A DNA stretch of 63,589 bases, filler included, from Parasitella parasitica NRRL 2501 (lineage: Eukaryota > Fungi > Mucoromycota), in NCBI GenBank assembly GCA_025201805.1. It is 11 parts of 11 records of this genome, joined end to end, with 100 filler letters (N's around TTAATTAATTAA, not from the genome) between each part and the next. Parts side by side here need not be neighbours in the genome. Positions count along the whole stretch, not along the records: positions 1 to 21,956 come from MU619398.1; 10 more parts are not named here. One strand, written 5' to 3'. The position numbers and the translations under genes were made by a program. Under the pieces are notes generated by a model. That model had not been told where the DNA came from. It made no database searches and saw only the letters and a program-made list of their open reading frames with translations. This document shows positions 1 to 12,234 of the stretch, piece by piece (position 1 is the first letter of the stretch; each line of letters starts with the position of its first letter).

Positions 1-211
1 TGTTATATCAATAACATGGCAAGGCCTCACATCAGGATCTCAGATCAGTCCCAGGGTCTTACAGTAAATCATGGGTAGTCATGATTTACATTATGCAGCT
101 AGACAGTAGAACCCTAGTGTAATGAATGTGTATATAATACATCGAGAGATGTATTATGAATAAAGGTGTAATTCTTTGGCAGATTTATTTTATCAGACTT
201 TTGACATAACA
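1..211 (+). mobile_element. LTR (211 bp, TGTTAT...ATAACA)
   Basis: TG...CA ends with 6-bp inverted termini, a TATA-like tract and AATAAA. Near-identical reverse-complement copy at 20110-20320 (one mismatch seen by eye). Confidence 0.85.
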
Positions 212-737
212 ATGGCAAAGAGACATGAGTGGTGCCATTGAATGGCTGATCTTTATCCCAGTACAAAGTGGTGATATCCTATGACATGTGGTTCCTGAAA
301 TTGGTGTTAAATCCTGATAAATGTTCTTCCATCAAAACTACTATGAAGAACATTTTATCCTTCATACGTATCTGTGCTCTTGTCTTACTGGTAACTTGGA
401 AACTCTGATCCATTCAGCTCTTACGGATTGGTTCAAGGCGTACCCAATTATCCCTCATCCTGGATCATGGTCTTATTGCTGCCGCACTGTCAAATAACTA
501 TAAATACCTTCAAAGTGTTCACTAGTTTAAATTCTCATTCAATGTTGGAATAGCAAAATAAATATATTCAGTTCTAATTGTATTTTTCTGGCTATATTTT
601 GTTATTCTAAACAGTTTTAATTGGACCTCTTGCAAGGTTCCAGGCTTATTCAAAGAATACGTCTAGATCAGATTGTGGGATGTCGGGAAGACATCCTACC
701 CAATCTTCTCTTTAATGTAAAATAGAAAGGGAAATGC

Positions 738-919
738 TGTGATTAAATAAAATTTGACACTTCTTGTCAAACATCAGATGTTATGTGGATAAACACTGAT
801 TGGGATATATTTTAGTATAAATAGAGATCATATCTTATGTCAATAAAAGTCTTCAGTTTTGTATCTGGTTTTATTCAGAAAAGTCTTTATTACTTTATAT
901 AAATCATATTTACATAACA
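738..919 (+). mobile_element. Degenerate solo LTR (second family)
   Basis: TGTGAT...ATAACA; shares TTTGACA..TGTCAAACAT, TATAAATAGA and GTTTTGTATCTGG..AAGTCTTTATTAC with the LTR at 19288-19460; no TSD seen. Confidence 0.55.
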
Positions 920-1699
920 TTACGCTGCGCCCTTTGACACTGGCACAACAATATCATCTGCTAATTTTATGGATAACTTTGTAAATGTTGTTGTGTGTGG
1001 TCTTGAAAATGAGCACATCGGGTAGCGGTATACGCTAGAAATGCATCAGAAAGTAATAACGACTTAAATGCCAGCTGCTAAACAATTTATTTTATTTATT
1101 CATAAGAAGCTGTCTATTTATATTTGCGGAGAAAGGCATAAAAAATTAGATACGATTAAATCCTTCTTTATTTTGAAAGTATATTGAGTGTTCAATGATT
1201 TGTTAATTATGCCTCTATTAGTAATATTCGGGTGTCGTCTTACTAGCAGACAATTGTATTGTTATTTCTTAGCGGTTCCGTTATCCTTTATGTTGAGTGT
1301 CATAATTTCTAATCAGCCGTTCTGGCTTAGTAGTATATCATCATACTACTTGGGTTGGTTAGAGATGGTCATTCATCAGGGCAATAAAATAAATCTATTG
1401 CAGCTATCCTAATCCTACGTGAGCGCGAGTGCGAATATTATTGAGTTTTTTATTGACGTTGTTGATCTAGCGATGGATCAATGACGGCATTTTAAACATG
1501 TTTTTATTCATGCGATTAGGAAGCTTCCTTTGTTTGATAAATTGTTCCTTTTCAGGCTTAGTTTGGGGCATAACATGCTATTTTGACATATGTCAATTCT
1601 TATTCTTGCTATTTGTTTATCTTTGTAGTCATAGCTACTCTTATTGGGATGATGACAAAATTTTATGATGGGAAACTAGTTTAGTTTACTTCAATATTA

Positions 1700-2010
1700 T
1701 AGAATACATTTATACATGAATACAATTAGATCGTGTTTGACATTTAAATTTTTCAACAAGATTATAACACAATAGTAGTCAGAGCAAGATCTATCATTAT
1801 ATTTAACCAGCTAATTATTATGAATGTAAATCATTCATCAAAGGATTTGACTTGGTAGTATATAACAATTGGGACCAATAATGGATGTTTTCTTTTATAA
1901 GACATTCTATTGATTACTTCTATTTACTATATAGAGCAATCAGTGACATTTAACCTAATATTTTATCAGGAAAGTTTGTTATAGACTATGGTATTCTATG
2001 GATATAGCAT
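1700..2010 (-). repeat. Degenerate repeat, inverted copy of ~19030-19340
   Basis: Shared blocks such as CAAGATTATAACAC.ATAGTAGTCAGAGCAAG and TGGTATTCTATGGATA, found as reverse complements at 19030-19340. Confidence 0.7.
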
Positions 2011-2321
2011 TCTGGGTGCTCTGTCCATTGAGTCATTGGTTGTGTACTTAGTAGCTTCATTGTTGGCAGTTTCGACATTTCAATTTTATTAAATCTAAGT
2101 GCATTCATAGCAATCAGTCTCTTTTCATAAATTATTTACTCAATTTCTTCAACTTAAATTTAGTGGATTGTGCATGTGTGTATTTACTGTTAGATTTATA
2201 CAGTAGTATCTACACTTTTCAAGGAGTTCGAGGGGCAGTCCACTCAAACCGTGGCGATCATTATAATTTGACTGTTTTTGTTATAATCTATTGATCTTCC
2301 TTTTCATTTGCAATCTCTTCC

Positions 2322-3032
2322 ATGTTAAAACGACAAAATATACTGGCCTCTGTTGGTCTCTTTCTGTTGGTCTTTATTTCTATTGCTTTCGTTTACTCTA
2401 GTGAAAATAACTCGGAAACAAAACTGTATCAACAACAGCAGCAACACTCTAAAGCTGTACCTGAAACGCCATTTTTGGAGCAGGGGAAAATCATTATGAA
2501 CGCCATGGGAAATGAAACTGAAAGGTAAATGCATATAATAGTCTGTGTTGTAGAAAACGATTACTTATTTTCTCTGAATTTTAGAGCCGAGCTTGGTAGG
2601 GCAACTTGGAAGGTATTCTAAGTACGTTTGTTCATATGTTGCGTATTTAAATGGCCATGTATTTAGTTTTTACATACAATGATGGGTAGATATCCCGAGA
2701 AACCAACCAAAGAAGAGAGAAAATCATTGCACGATTTCATGATGCTATTTTCTACACTGTACCCTTGTGGTGAATGGTAATATTGCTTGATACAAATCAT
2801 TCATAATTGCACTAACAGCACATATCGTAGCGCCAACCACTTCAATAAATTAATAACGACGTATCCACCCCAAACATCGTCAAGATTTTCAGCATCTCAG
2901 TGGTTGTGTGCAATGCATAACAAGGTTAATGAGCGATTACAAAAACCTATTTTTGACTGCAATGACATTGAATCAAAATACCCTTGTGGTTGTGTTACCA
3001 CTGAAGAAAATGAAACATCGTTATCAGCATAA
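2322..3032 (+). CDS. ERV2: FAD-linked sulfhydryl oxidase, ERV/ALR family (Erv2-like), 4 exons
   Basis: N-terminal hydrophobic anchor; spliced product RAELGRATWKFLHTMM..YPCGEC (CxxC)..WLCAMHNKVNERL..DC..YPCGC (C-terminal CGC tail typical of Erv2); GT-AG introns. Confidence 0.88.
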
Positions 3033-3062
3033 GGCATAGAATATCGCGGTTTAACTTTTTGT

Positions 3063-3093
<31 letters not shown>

Positions 3094-3140
3094 GCATAAA
3101 TTTTTTTTATTGATAAACTACATCTTCTTGGTCCCAATCG

Positions 3141-3850
3141 ATGAATAATAATAATTATATTAGTCCTCATTACCAAGCTCATAAAAAGCGATTGCAATCA
3201 GAGGATTTTGAATTGTCCTCTTTTGGATTACCCAGAAAGAAGTTTATCTCGGAAGAAAGCTTTGCAAACGAAATGGCAGCAATGTCTCTGCATCCTAGTG
3301 AGTATCCAAGCAAGGAATACATGTCTAAAAATATGCTTAGCTGTTTATAAATAGGTTTGCAAACACAGCAGCAACAGCAGCAACAACAATACTATCAATT
3401 TTACGGCAATAGGTTTGAGTCCAATTTCAATCCACTATCAACTCGTCAACATGACAAAAATGTTGTTCGAATCGACCATTTATCTGATGATGAAAATGAG
3501 GATACTGATATACAAATGCAATCAAATGATACTATTTACGTGGACGTCAACGGGAAAAAGGCTATAATCAATGGATATTTGAACGGACTGCCATTAGAAC
3601 TGAGGCCAGGAGAGCATAAACCTAGAATTCCTGACTTTGTCCTAAAAGATCCAGAGTGAGATTGTGCAAAGTAAATTATGCTTTAAATAGCTTTTATTAA
3701 TGCATAGTTTTTTGTAGATTAACAGATCCAAGAGATAAGCTGGCATACCAGAATATATTAAAATCATTGAAAGAAAGTAAACAAACACACATAGAAGTAT
3801 TGAATGAATCTTCCATTCATTGTATGCCTACTTCGATGGATATTGATTAA
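3141..3850 (+). CDS. Hypothetical protein, 3 exons
   Basis: ORF pieces joined by GTGAG..AG introns; last exon reads ELTDPRDK..PTSMDID* (TAA 3848-3850). Confidence 0.65.
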
Positions 3851-3856
3851 AATGAA

Positions 3857-6056
3857 TTACAGATTTTCGAGGTATTCTTGATCTTTTGTCGGCTTCATTA
3901 CGAGAGATTCAAAGCAGGGCGTCTTGAATTTTGACAAAGGTATTTGAGTGATACCCTTTCCAAACTATGATGTCAATAGAGATATATAGTGAATGGGCAT
4001 TGTCAATATTTATCAAAGAATACATTTTAAACTTACAGCAACAACTATGTTATTGCTTTTAATGTGGCAACTAGCCAAGGATGTGTCATCTAATTTCTTT
4101 AGTTTATAAGTATCAATACGACCATGTAATACATCACCAAGATTCCACATAACCAGGCATTGGCCTGTGGACTAGCAAGTAGAAAATCAATGAATTAAGT
4201 CTTATGTGGGCTACAGAAAGTTGAATATTTACCACAATTATATGACTTTCCAAGTCAAAGTAAGCTTTGGAAAATTTTGCAGGTCTCTTCATTAGCATAA
4301 CATGTTCTGATTTGAGGCGAAGAATGATAGGTGTAGTTTTTTCGTCCATGTATTGTCCCTCAACGTCTACCAAGATCAAGAAATTGGTGCAAGTTGCAAT
4401 TATGTAGCGACCAGAATTTGTCGTGTCTAAGGACAAGATGGGCTCGCCGATAGGTGGAAATGTGGTTTTGGCTACGGTGTTCAGTGCACTGAACAGCCTA
4501 ATGTCACCACGCTTGCCAGCAACAGCCAAGTATCCGGACTCTGTTGATGTTGCCACTGCGAAATAGGTTTTGGTGATATGTTTCTTGTATTCAGAAACGA
4601 CGATTTTGTTTTTTCCAGGTTGACGAGGATCAATACGGAATACTGCACTTGATGTCATGCCACAAATCGTTTGCTCTTCAGTTTGCGAAGCTGATTTAAA
4701 GCTTGGTGCAATAAAAAGTACTAAAGATATAGTGAGAATTGCAAATTGCATTTAAATAGAGTTTTGATGATAACTTACGTGGATCTTCGTCTTCGATTTG
4801 CCATTCTTCCACTACTTTTCCCTGGGAAAAGTCAAACTTGTGTATTTTGTTGATGTTATGCGGATTTTGCGAATCAAGCAACAGCAAATATTGCTCATTC
4901 TGGTAAAGTATAGCATGACTAACAATTAAATCTTGGTTTTTCAGTGTTTTAATGCCATAAAACGCTCCAGAAAATTGGATTTGCCTTTGTATCTGTCGAT
5001 ATGTTGCAATATTGCTACCCTCTATCACGATCAGTCTAGATGATTTGCAAGCTGATAGCAGAATTGGGTTTTTCGGCATGGAGATTTCATAGAAATTGAC
5101 CTCTTCCGGGTCACCATCTAAAGACTCGTAGCTTTCTACAGTATCTTCCGTGTCAGAATACTCTTCGTCCCAAGAATATTCTAATGGATCAAAGTGGTCT
5201 AAAGCAGTGCTTCCAAATGCAGCGATTACATAGTTTTGATCACTTCTCTATAATTGGCCACTATTAAAATATTATATACCATGCCTAAAAGTATAGTTCT
5301 TACTCTAGACTTTCTAAATGGGATGCGAGTAGAGCTTTCAAACAAACATTGGGCAAAACTAGCACTGAAGTCATCATAAAATTCTTCTGTGGAAACCTTG
5401 AGCATAAGTGAATAGATTTTTCCGTTCTCCAAATAGTTCCAAGTGAAAGATTTTGCCGCCTAACATGTATTAAAAAAACTAGCTTAGATTCTATACTCAG
5501 AATTTGTTGTTTTTTCACGTCTACCTTGTTGAAGTTTGGATTCATTTGGTGATCCACTATTTGAGATAGTGGCGGCGTCTTCTGATTACTCGAAATAATT
5601 AATGCAACTACAAATAATACGCTTAGTAAGCCTGTAAACCGCATATATTTCGGCTGCATTACACGTAAAGTTGTTCTGCAATCGAGCTAGATCTACGGTA
5701 CACACATCAGCTTTGATAACAAATGAATCATTTCGGGGAATGTATTCATGCAATTCAGCTTGAAGAGAGCTTACGTATTCCGCGATGCTGTGGTCCTTGG
5801 ACAATTTGCTGCCTTTGTAAGGTACGTAATTAAACTGAACCAGTGAGGTTGTATTTTGCTGAATTGAAAATGCCAGGATGCTATCGTCGTATTTGCTATT
5901 CAACAGCACATTTTGCTGGTAGTTTTGTTGCTTTTTCAGCACATTTGAAGACGTTTTAGGTATGAATTGACTAAAGTAGTTTAGTTTCTGTTAACAAACA
6001 TTCTTCCTGCTCCACTTACGCTGGTAGCCATTGCCTAATATCTGCCTCTGTGGCAT
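3857..6056 (-). CDS. VID27: VID27-like protein (PH-like + beta-propeller), multi-exon
   Basis: GKVVEEW, FRIDPRQPGKNKIV, GYLAVAGKRGDIRLF..AKT..PPIGEPI..LD...GRYIIATC motifs of the Vid27 C-terminal domain; start and exon limits approximate. Confidence 0.75.
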
Positions 6057-6868
6057 TTGATCTGTGCTTTTGGCAGCTGTTTTCGTAAATACAATTGTAT
6101 AAAAATGAGACAAAATGTTTTATATTGTCATTTTCTACTGATTCATCGCATGAAAAATCAAACAGCTCATCATGCTCCTTTTGGAAAGATTAAATAAAAT
6201 GTTAGCATTTAACACTGATTATCAATGCACACCATTTACCTCATTGTACCAAGTAATAGATATTCTGTCATTGACGCAATTTGATCTACATAATTTTAGC
6301 TGCATTGAGTCTTGCACAGGGAATGTCTGTAATGATGCATCTACCGCATGTATATTCAAAATATTAGGCATACAGTTGACGAATCATAACACTGTTGATC
6401 TTACATTTAGGACGTTGCAGTGTTCGTACGGTTAATTCGTATTGAAACGGTATATTTGTTCGTCTTATTTGTAAAGTAGCATTATCAGAACTATTTTGTA
6501 ATAAAAAAAAAAAAGTGAATAATACGCCAGGAGGTATAATTATATATTTACATGGTATCTAGAGTTGTATAAAATCCATTGCGATATTGAACTGAAAATT
6601 GACCTGCGCCATGCAAGCTGTAAACTTCTGGCTCATCTGATTCGAAAAAACTACCAGTCATTATTCTGAGACATAAAACACAGTTATACGGACAGCCAAG
6701 GCTTCATCCTGCATCTTTTATATACGCTGAAAAATATTCAAAACTTATCCAGCTATCTTTAACAAACAATGTGTTTGTTATACGGTATGCCAAGTTGAAC
6801 GAGCTTTCTAGACGTTATACAGAGTGATTTCGGCGAATTTGAGTAACATAGATTACAAAAGTTATTTT

Positions 6869-8360
6869 TTATTCTACTTTTTTCATTAGAAGCATATCAT
6901 TGACTGTTCTTTTGTCTTTGTGATCATTGTAGTGTCTTGCTTCCATATACTCAGTCAAGCAGCTCATATGGTCAGTAAAATCTATTTCACATTAGATGAC
7001 GCTCAAAAATACTCCTATCTCTCACTAACCTAAACTCGCACTGGGATTGCAAGTGCAACGACGCATCAAACGGTCTTCTGCGGGACAGTGTTGGTATATA
7101 CTGTGTTTATAGCCAATATCATTAAAGAAATGAACCTCATCTTGATGCAAAAAAATTGCAGCAAAGATGGAATGAACTGGCGCATCACCCCATCTCTCAT
7201 AAAAAAAACCGCCACTATGGTCCAAGAAATCGAAAAACTGTTGATACGCTTCGGTGTGCCATAAATCCAGTCTTGCAATCTCAAAGTTTGTCCAGAAATG
7301 ACACCCATTGTAAGATTGGCCATCATTTTGCGACAAGAACTTGAAGATGGTGTCCGTTACTTTATGAGGAAAGTAATTCTTGCCCCTCTTGGTTGATTCG
7401 ACTGCAAATTTCTTGACTGTATCCCATAAGGTGATGATGGTGCCAGAGTGTTCCTTGAATGAGATGTTGAAGGCTGTGTGTGCCGTTAATTTATCCTGCA
7501 CCACTGTATATTACGCAAAAAGGATATACGTACCGTACTTTTTGTTGTTTTGTTTCATATAGAGGAATGGATCATAGTCCAAGTCGCAAAAGTATCTTAC
7601 ATCTGGCTCTACTCTCCAGTAATACTCCAAATTTAAGCTTAATACGAGCGGATGTCTCCAGAAAAACCCACTATGTTTGTTGTATTTATGCATGCAAATA
7701 TCCAAATTAAGTTAAATATGATTGAAAATTGACGCTGTGATTGCGTGTTTACCTTTGAAAACGACACATGTGGCGGTAACTCTCGCTCTTGCCGTAAGGC
7801 AGATCCTTCATGATTTCTCTCGCTTTGGCTGCCTTGTGCTGGTCTATCCAAGATGGGTATCCCCACATGGATTCATTGACGAGTCCGTAGTGTGTCTTGC
7901 TGAGAGCAGCTGCTCTGGTCGTTAATATCTTGAACTCCTCTGTGAATGGCTCTTCGTTCAGAAATACCCAGGGATAGTTGAATTTGTGGTTGAATCTACC
8001 TTGCACATCGTGCATTGATTGTAACATGCCTGGTAGTTCTGAATTTCTGACGAGTACAATAAACGCAGCTGCTTGACGCTCAGTTTTGTTCGTGGCTGGC
8101 GGTAGACTGACATGCTGGGTATAAGGCAAATTTGGCGGGTCAATTGTGTAAGAATCGGGTTGCGTGTTGAATTGAGGGTCATATTGAGGAACTTTTCTTT
8201 GAAGACGAACGTTATAGGCATTGAGAGTCTGCCAGAGATCAGAGGATGAAGTAGGCAGCGCCAGATTGGTTTTGCGTCCTACGAAAAAGAATAGGGCGCC
8301 TAACAGATAGACACCTACGCCTAATTGAAGCAATAAGCACGAGTATTTTCTGACGCCCAT
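6869..8360 (-). CDS. Alpha-1,2-mannosyltransferase, GT15 (KRE2/MNT1/KTR family), paralog 1
   Basis: Type II TM anchor; LVRNSEL, FNYPWVFLNEEPF, SYRHMCR, YYWRVEPD, YNGCHFWTNFEI, FFYERWGDAPVHS. Confidence 0.93.
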
Positions 8361-8582
8361 TGTTTCAGTGATGGATGCAAGAAAGAAGAGATACGTGTCA
8401 AGCAGAAAAAAGCTTCAACGTTTATCGCAGGTTGGCGGTTGCTGTTTTAGTCTATATTAATGTGTACAAAATAAACATAAATCAACATTCTCCCCTTTTT
8501 AGCTGCCAAATGGAGCGACTATCATGATTTCAACATTTTTCAGCTTCTTTCTTTTCTTTACATCAACTTGTTGTCTTGAAAT

Positions 8583-10091
8583 ATGGTTCATTTACTCGAC
8601 AATCCTTACGATACGGACTCAGTTGCATCTCCAAACAAGGTATCATCTTATAAACGTCGCAAGCTATGGAAAATCATCATTCGCTCCTCGCTGGTGTGCA
8701 TATTGGTTGCTGTATGCTATTTTTTTGGTCGTAGTATTCAATGGGGAACGTTGTCAGAAAATTACGGATTCAATGCCAAAGATGTTGACTTCATGCGCTA
8801 TTTCTGTAGCCAAATACAGACTACTTCAAAACAAAGCTTCGCAACAGCCAATTCGTTAATGCAAGTAGCAGCGGAAGAACTGGAGCATCACAAAGCGGGA
8901 TATCTGAATCCTCAAGACACTCCTCTCCCGGATGACACCATTCCTGATAAAGTATGGGATGATCTCCCAGTAAAAGGCGCATACTATATGATTGTCAGGA
9001 ATGAAAACTTGGCCGATGCTCGGTCCGTGATAAGAAGCATGGAAGATCATATGACGAACGGCACTAGATATCCTTGGGTGTTTTTGAATAACCAAGCCTT
9101 CACAGCTGAATTCAAACGATACGTCACAAGGCTGACCGATGCACCCGTCTTCTTTGGCAAGATTGATCTAGAAGTATGGGAGTATCCTCACTGGATAGAC
9201 ATCCCCAGGGCAGAATTCCTCATGCTGCAACAAGAAATTCAAGGTGCTCACAAAGGCGCAAGCCTATCGTACCACCAGTTGCTCAGATACCACGCTGGCT
9301 ACTTTTTCCATCACCCATTATTGAGAAATGTTGAATATACGTGGAGGGTGGAGCCGGGCGCAGATTATAGCTGTCAAATGGATCAGGACATGTTTTTGTA
9401 CATGAAACAGCAGCAAAAGAAGCTGGGCTTTGTATTAACCATGCGAGAAGCACCAGCTACAATCCCCACTCTATGGAGCCGTGTTGACGAATTTAAAAGC
9501 CATTATCCAGAGTACATTTTGCCTCAGGATGAAACTATTTGGCCGTGGATTATTGACCAAGAAACCGGCGAGTACAACATGTGCCACTTTTGGTCTAACT
9601 TTCAGTTGGCAGATCTATCGTTTTTCAAATCTGAAGCCTATCAGCAGTATTTCAAGTATTTGGACAATACTGGAAACTTTTTCTACGAACGGTAAGGATA
9701 CATGCAATCAGACACGCTTGATCAATAACTCACGCATCGCTGTCTAGCTGGGGCGATGCTCCCGTACAAACCATTGCAGCAGCTTTGTTCTTGCAAAAGA
9801 CGGACATCCACTTTTTTAACGACATTGGCTACTCTCATACAAGCGCATTGCACTGCCCGTATAATGAAACACTTTTGCGAAAATGCAGCTGCGACGTTAA
9901 CTCTAATTATGGCAAGTGTCCCGCCGTGTGCATATTTGTGTATTTTATTAATATAGCCTTAAACACATGTAGATTTATATCATGACAGTTGTACAAAGAA
10001 ATTGCTCAAGTTGATTGATCCTGCAACTCTCTCTGATATGACTAACTTTATTAAAGAAAAACTGATCGAAATTCCCTCTAAAATTGAATAA
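8583..10091 (+). CDS. GT15 mannosyltransferase, paralog 2 (more divergent)
   Basis: YPWVFLNNQAF, WRVEPG, YNMCHFWSNFQ, FFYER|WGDAPVQT; last intron uses a GC donor at 9912. Confidence 0.9.
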
Positions 10092-10192
10092 ATTAAATTG
10101 ACAACATTCCATAGAAACCTTAATAATAATATATGAAAGAATGATGCGTCCATTCTTTGGCTTTTTGGCTTTTTCTCACATTGCGCAAAAAA

Positions 10193-11813
10193 ATGACATT
10201 ACACTCAAGACAGCTGTGCTCTACAAGAAACGTATTTCGTATCATTGCAGCATGCATTTTGGTGCTGTGTGTTTTGTTAATATACAAATCATCAATTACA
10301 CGCAATAGCTACTGCAATTCATCGAAAGACTGCTACAACTTGATCAAAGATAGAGCAAAGCAATTTCGAGAAAACAGTCTCTCTAGCTACGGCCAACAAG
10401 AACCGCATCTTGAACAGCAGAGAAAGCAGCTAAAAGAGCAAGATGAGGCGTATGAAGCCATGTATCAGGACCCCAAGAAAACAGAACAGAAAAACGCACT
10501 TGGTGTTTCCATGGAAGATGTTCCAAAAGCTGCAGCCGCAGTCGCTGCCATCAAATTAGACAAGATCCAGGATCAACAAGCGATAGCTCATGACACTGCA
10601 GACGAGGAATACAGAAAGCTTACCGACCCGACTTTACCGCGTGTAAAGGGCGCATTTGTCGTGCTGGTGAGAAATAGTGAGCTCTATGCTCTTCGTTCCT
10701 CTATGCGCTATTTGGAGGACAGATTCAACCACAAATACAACTACCCCTGGATCTTTTTAAACGAAGAACCATTTACTGAAGAATTCAAAAACATGACAAG
10801 CATGATGACTAGTGCTGAAGTTAACTACGGGCTGGTGCCTCAAGAGCATTGGAGTTATCCAGACTACATAGACCAAGAATATGCTGCTCAATGCAGACAG
10901 GCTCTGGCTGCTCAAGGCATTCCATATGGTGGTAGTGAGAGTTATCGACACATGTGTCGTTATCAATCCGGCTTCTTTATGCTGCATCCGTTGCTGGACA
11001 AGCTGGACTATTATTGGTAAGAAAGCGAATATGTTTGTAAACAGGACAGCAAATAAATACTATGAATTTAGGCGCGTCGAACCTGGAGTCAAATTCTCTT
11101 GCGATATGGATTACGATCCCTTCCGCCTGATGCAAGAAAGAGATCTGAAGTACGGTTTTACTATTGCATTAAGAGAGTACAGAGCCACAATCCCTTCCTT
11201 ATGGAAGACCACATTAGAATTTGCCAAGACTCACCCTCAGTACATTTATCCTCGCACAAGACCAGACAGTTTGTTGAGACTAGTGAGTGATGATAATGGA
11301 TGGTCTTATAACCTGTGTCATTTCTGGAGCAACTTTGAGGTATCGTATTTGTAAATAAGTATATAGCACTTTTTCCTCATTGTCTGAAAACATAGATTGC
11401 ATCCGTGAAATATATGCGGTCGGAAGGTTACCAATCCTACTTTAAATATCTGGATGAGGCTGGAGGGTTTTTTTATGAAAGATGGGGTGATGCTCCAGTT
11501 CATTCGATTGCTGCTGCTCTCATGCTGAAGCAGAGTGATGTGCATTGGTTTTACGATATTGGATACAAACACGATAACTTTGAGCACTGTCCAACGGAAG
11601 AGAAATGGCTGACAAACAGTAAATGCTACTGCGATCCTTCCACTTCTTTTGGTAAGCTGTTACAGATATAGCTGACATGCAACACATGTGTACTCAAGTG
11701 TATGTCTAGATTTTAATTTAGGCTCTTGTACAAACTTATTCTTGGATGTAATGAATAGAACTGCATCAAGCTTCATAGTTACTCGACCTGATCAAGAAGA
11801 CCTGCCATTATAA
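10193..11813 (+). CDS. GT15 mannosyltransferase, paralog 3
   Basis: LVRNSEL, YNYPWIFLNEEPF, SYRHMCRYQSGFF, YYW|RVEPG, YNLCHFWSNFE, FFYERWGDAPVHS. Confidence 0.93.
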
Positions 11814-12234
11814 AGCCAATATCCTATTGCATGCATCTAATAAATCATTTAAAAAATAAATCAGTGCGCCACTGGTATAAGGGGACGAGATGTCTTTTGT
11901 ATGAAAAGGGTTTAATGGGCAGATGAAAACAAAAGCCAACGCATGCTATACCCAAATATTTTACAATCATGTCTGTTTGAGAATGAAATACACAAGTTAT
12001 TTGTGTCAAAACATGCTAAACGCTTCCTGCAGATGTCTGTACAGTGCTCTCTTCCTGTGACTCCTGGATAGAATGGAGCTCCATGACGTACCCGACAGTG
12101 ACGCATGCAATGCTATGTGTTGCGCGTCCCGCTATTTGTAATTCAACTTGGCAATTAGAAAAGACGCGATGCAGACAAAGTATCATCCTCTCTCTCTTGT
12201 TCTCTTTTAAGATATAACAGAAAGAAACGAAAGG

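Noticed and set aside
212-520. Sequence after the first LTR as PBS/gag
   Set aside because: No clear tRNA-complementary PBS; only a weak LVLNPDKC RT-like trace, too degenerate to call.
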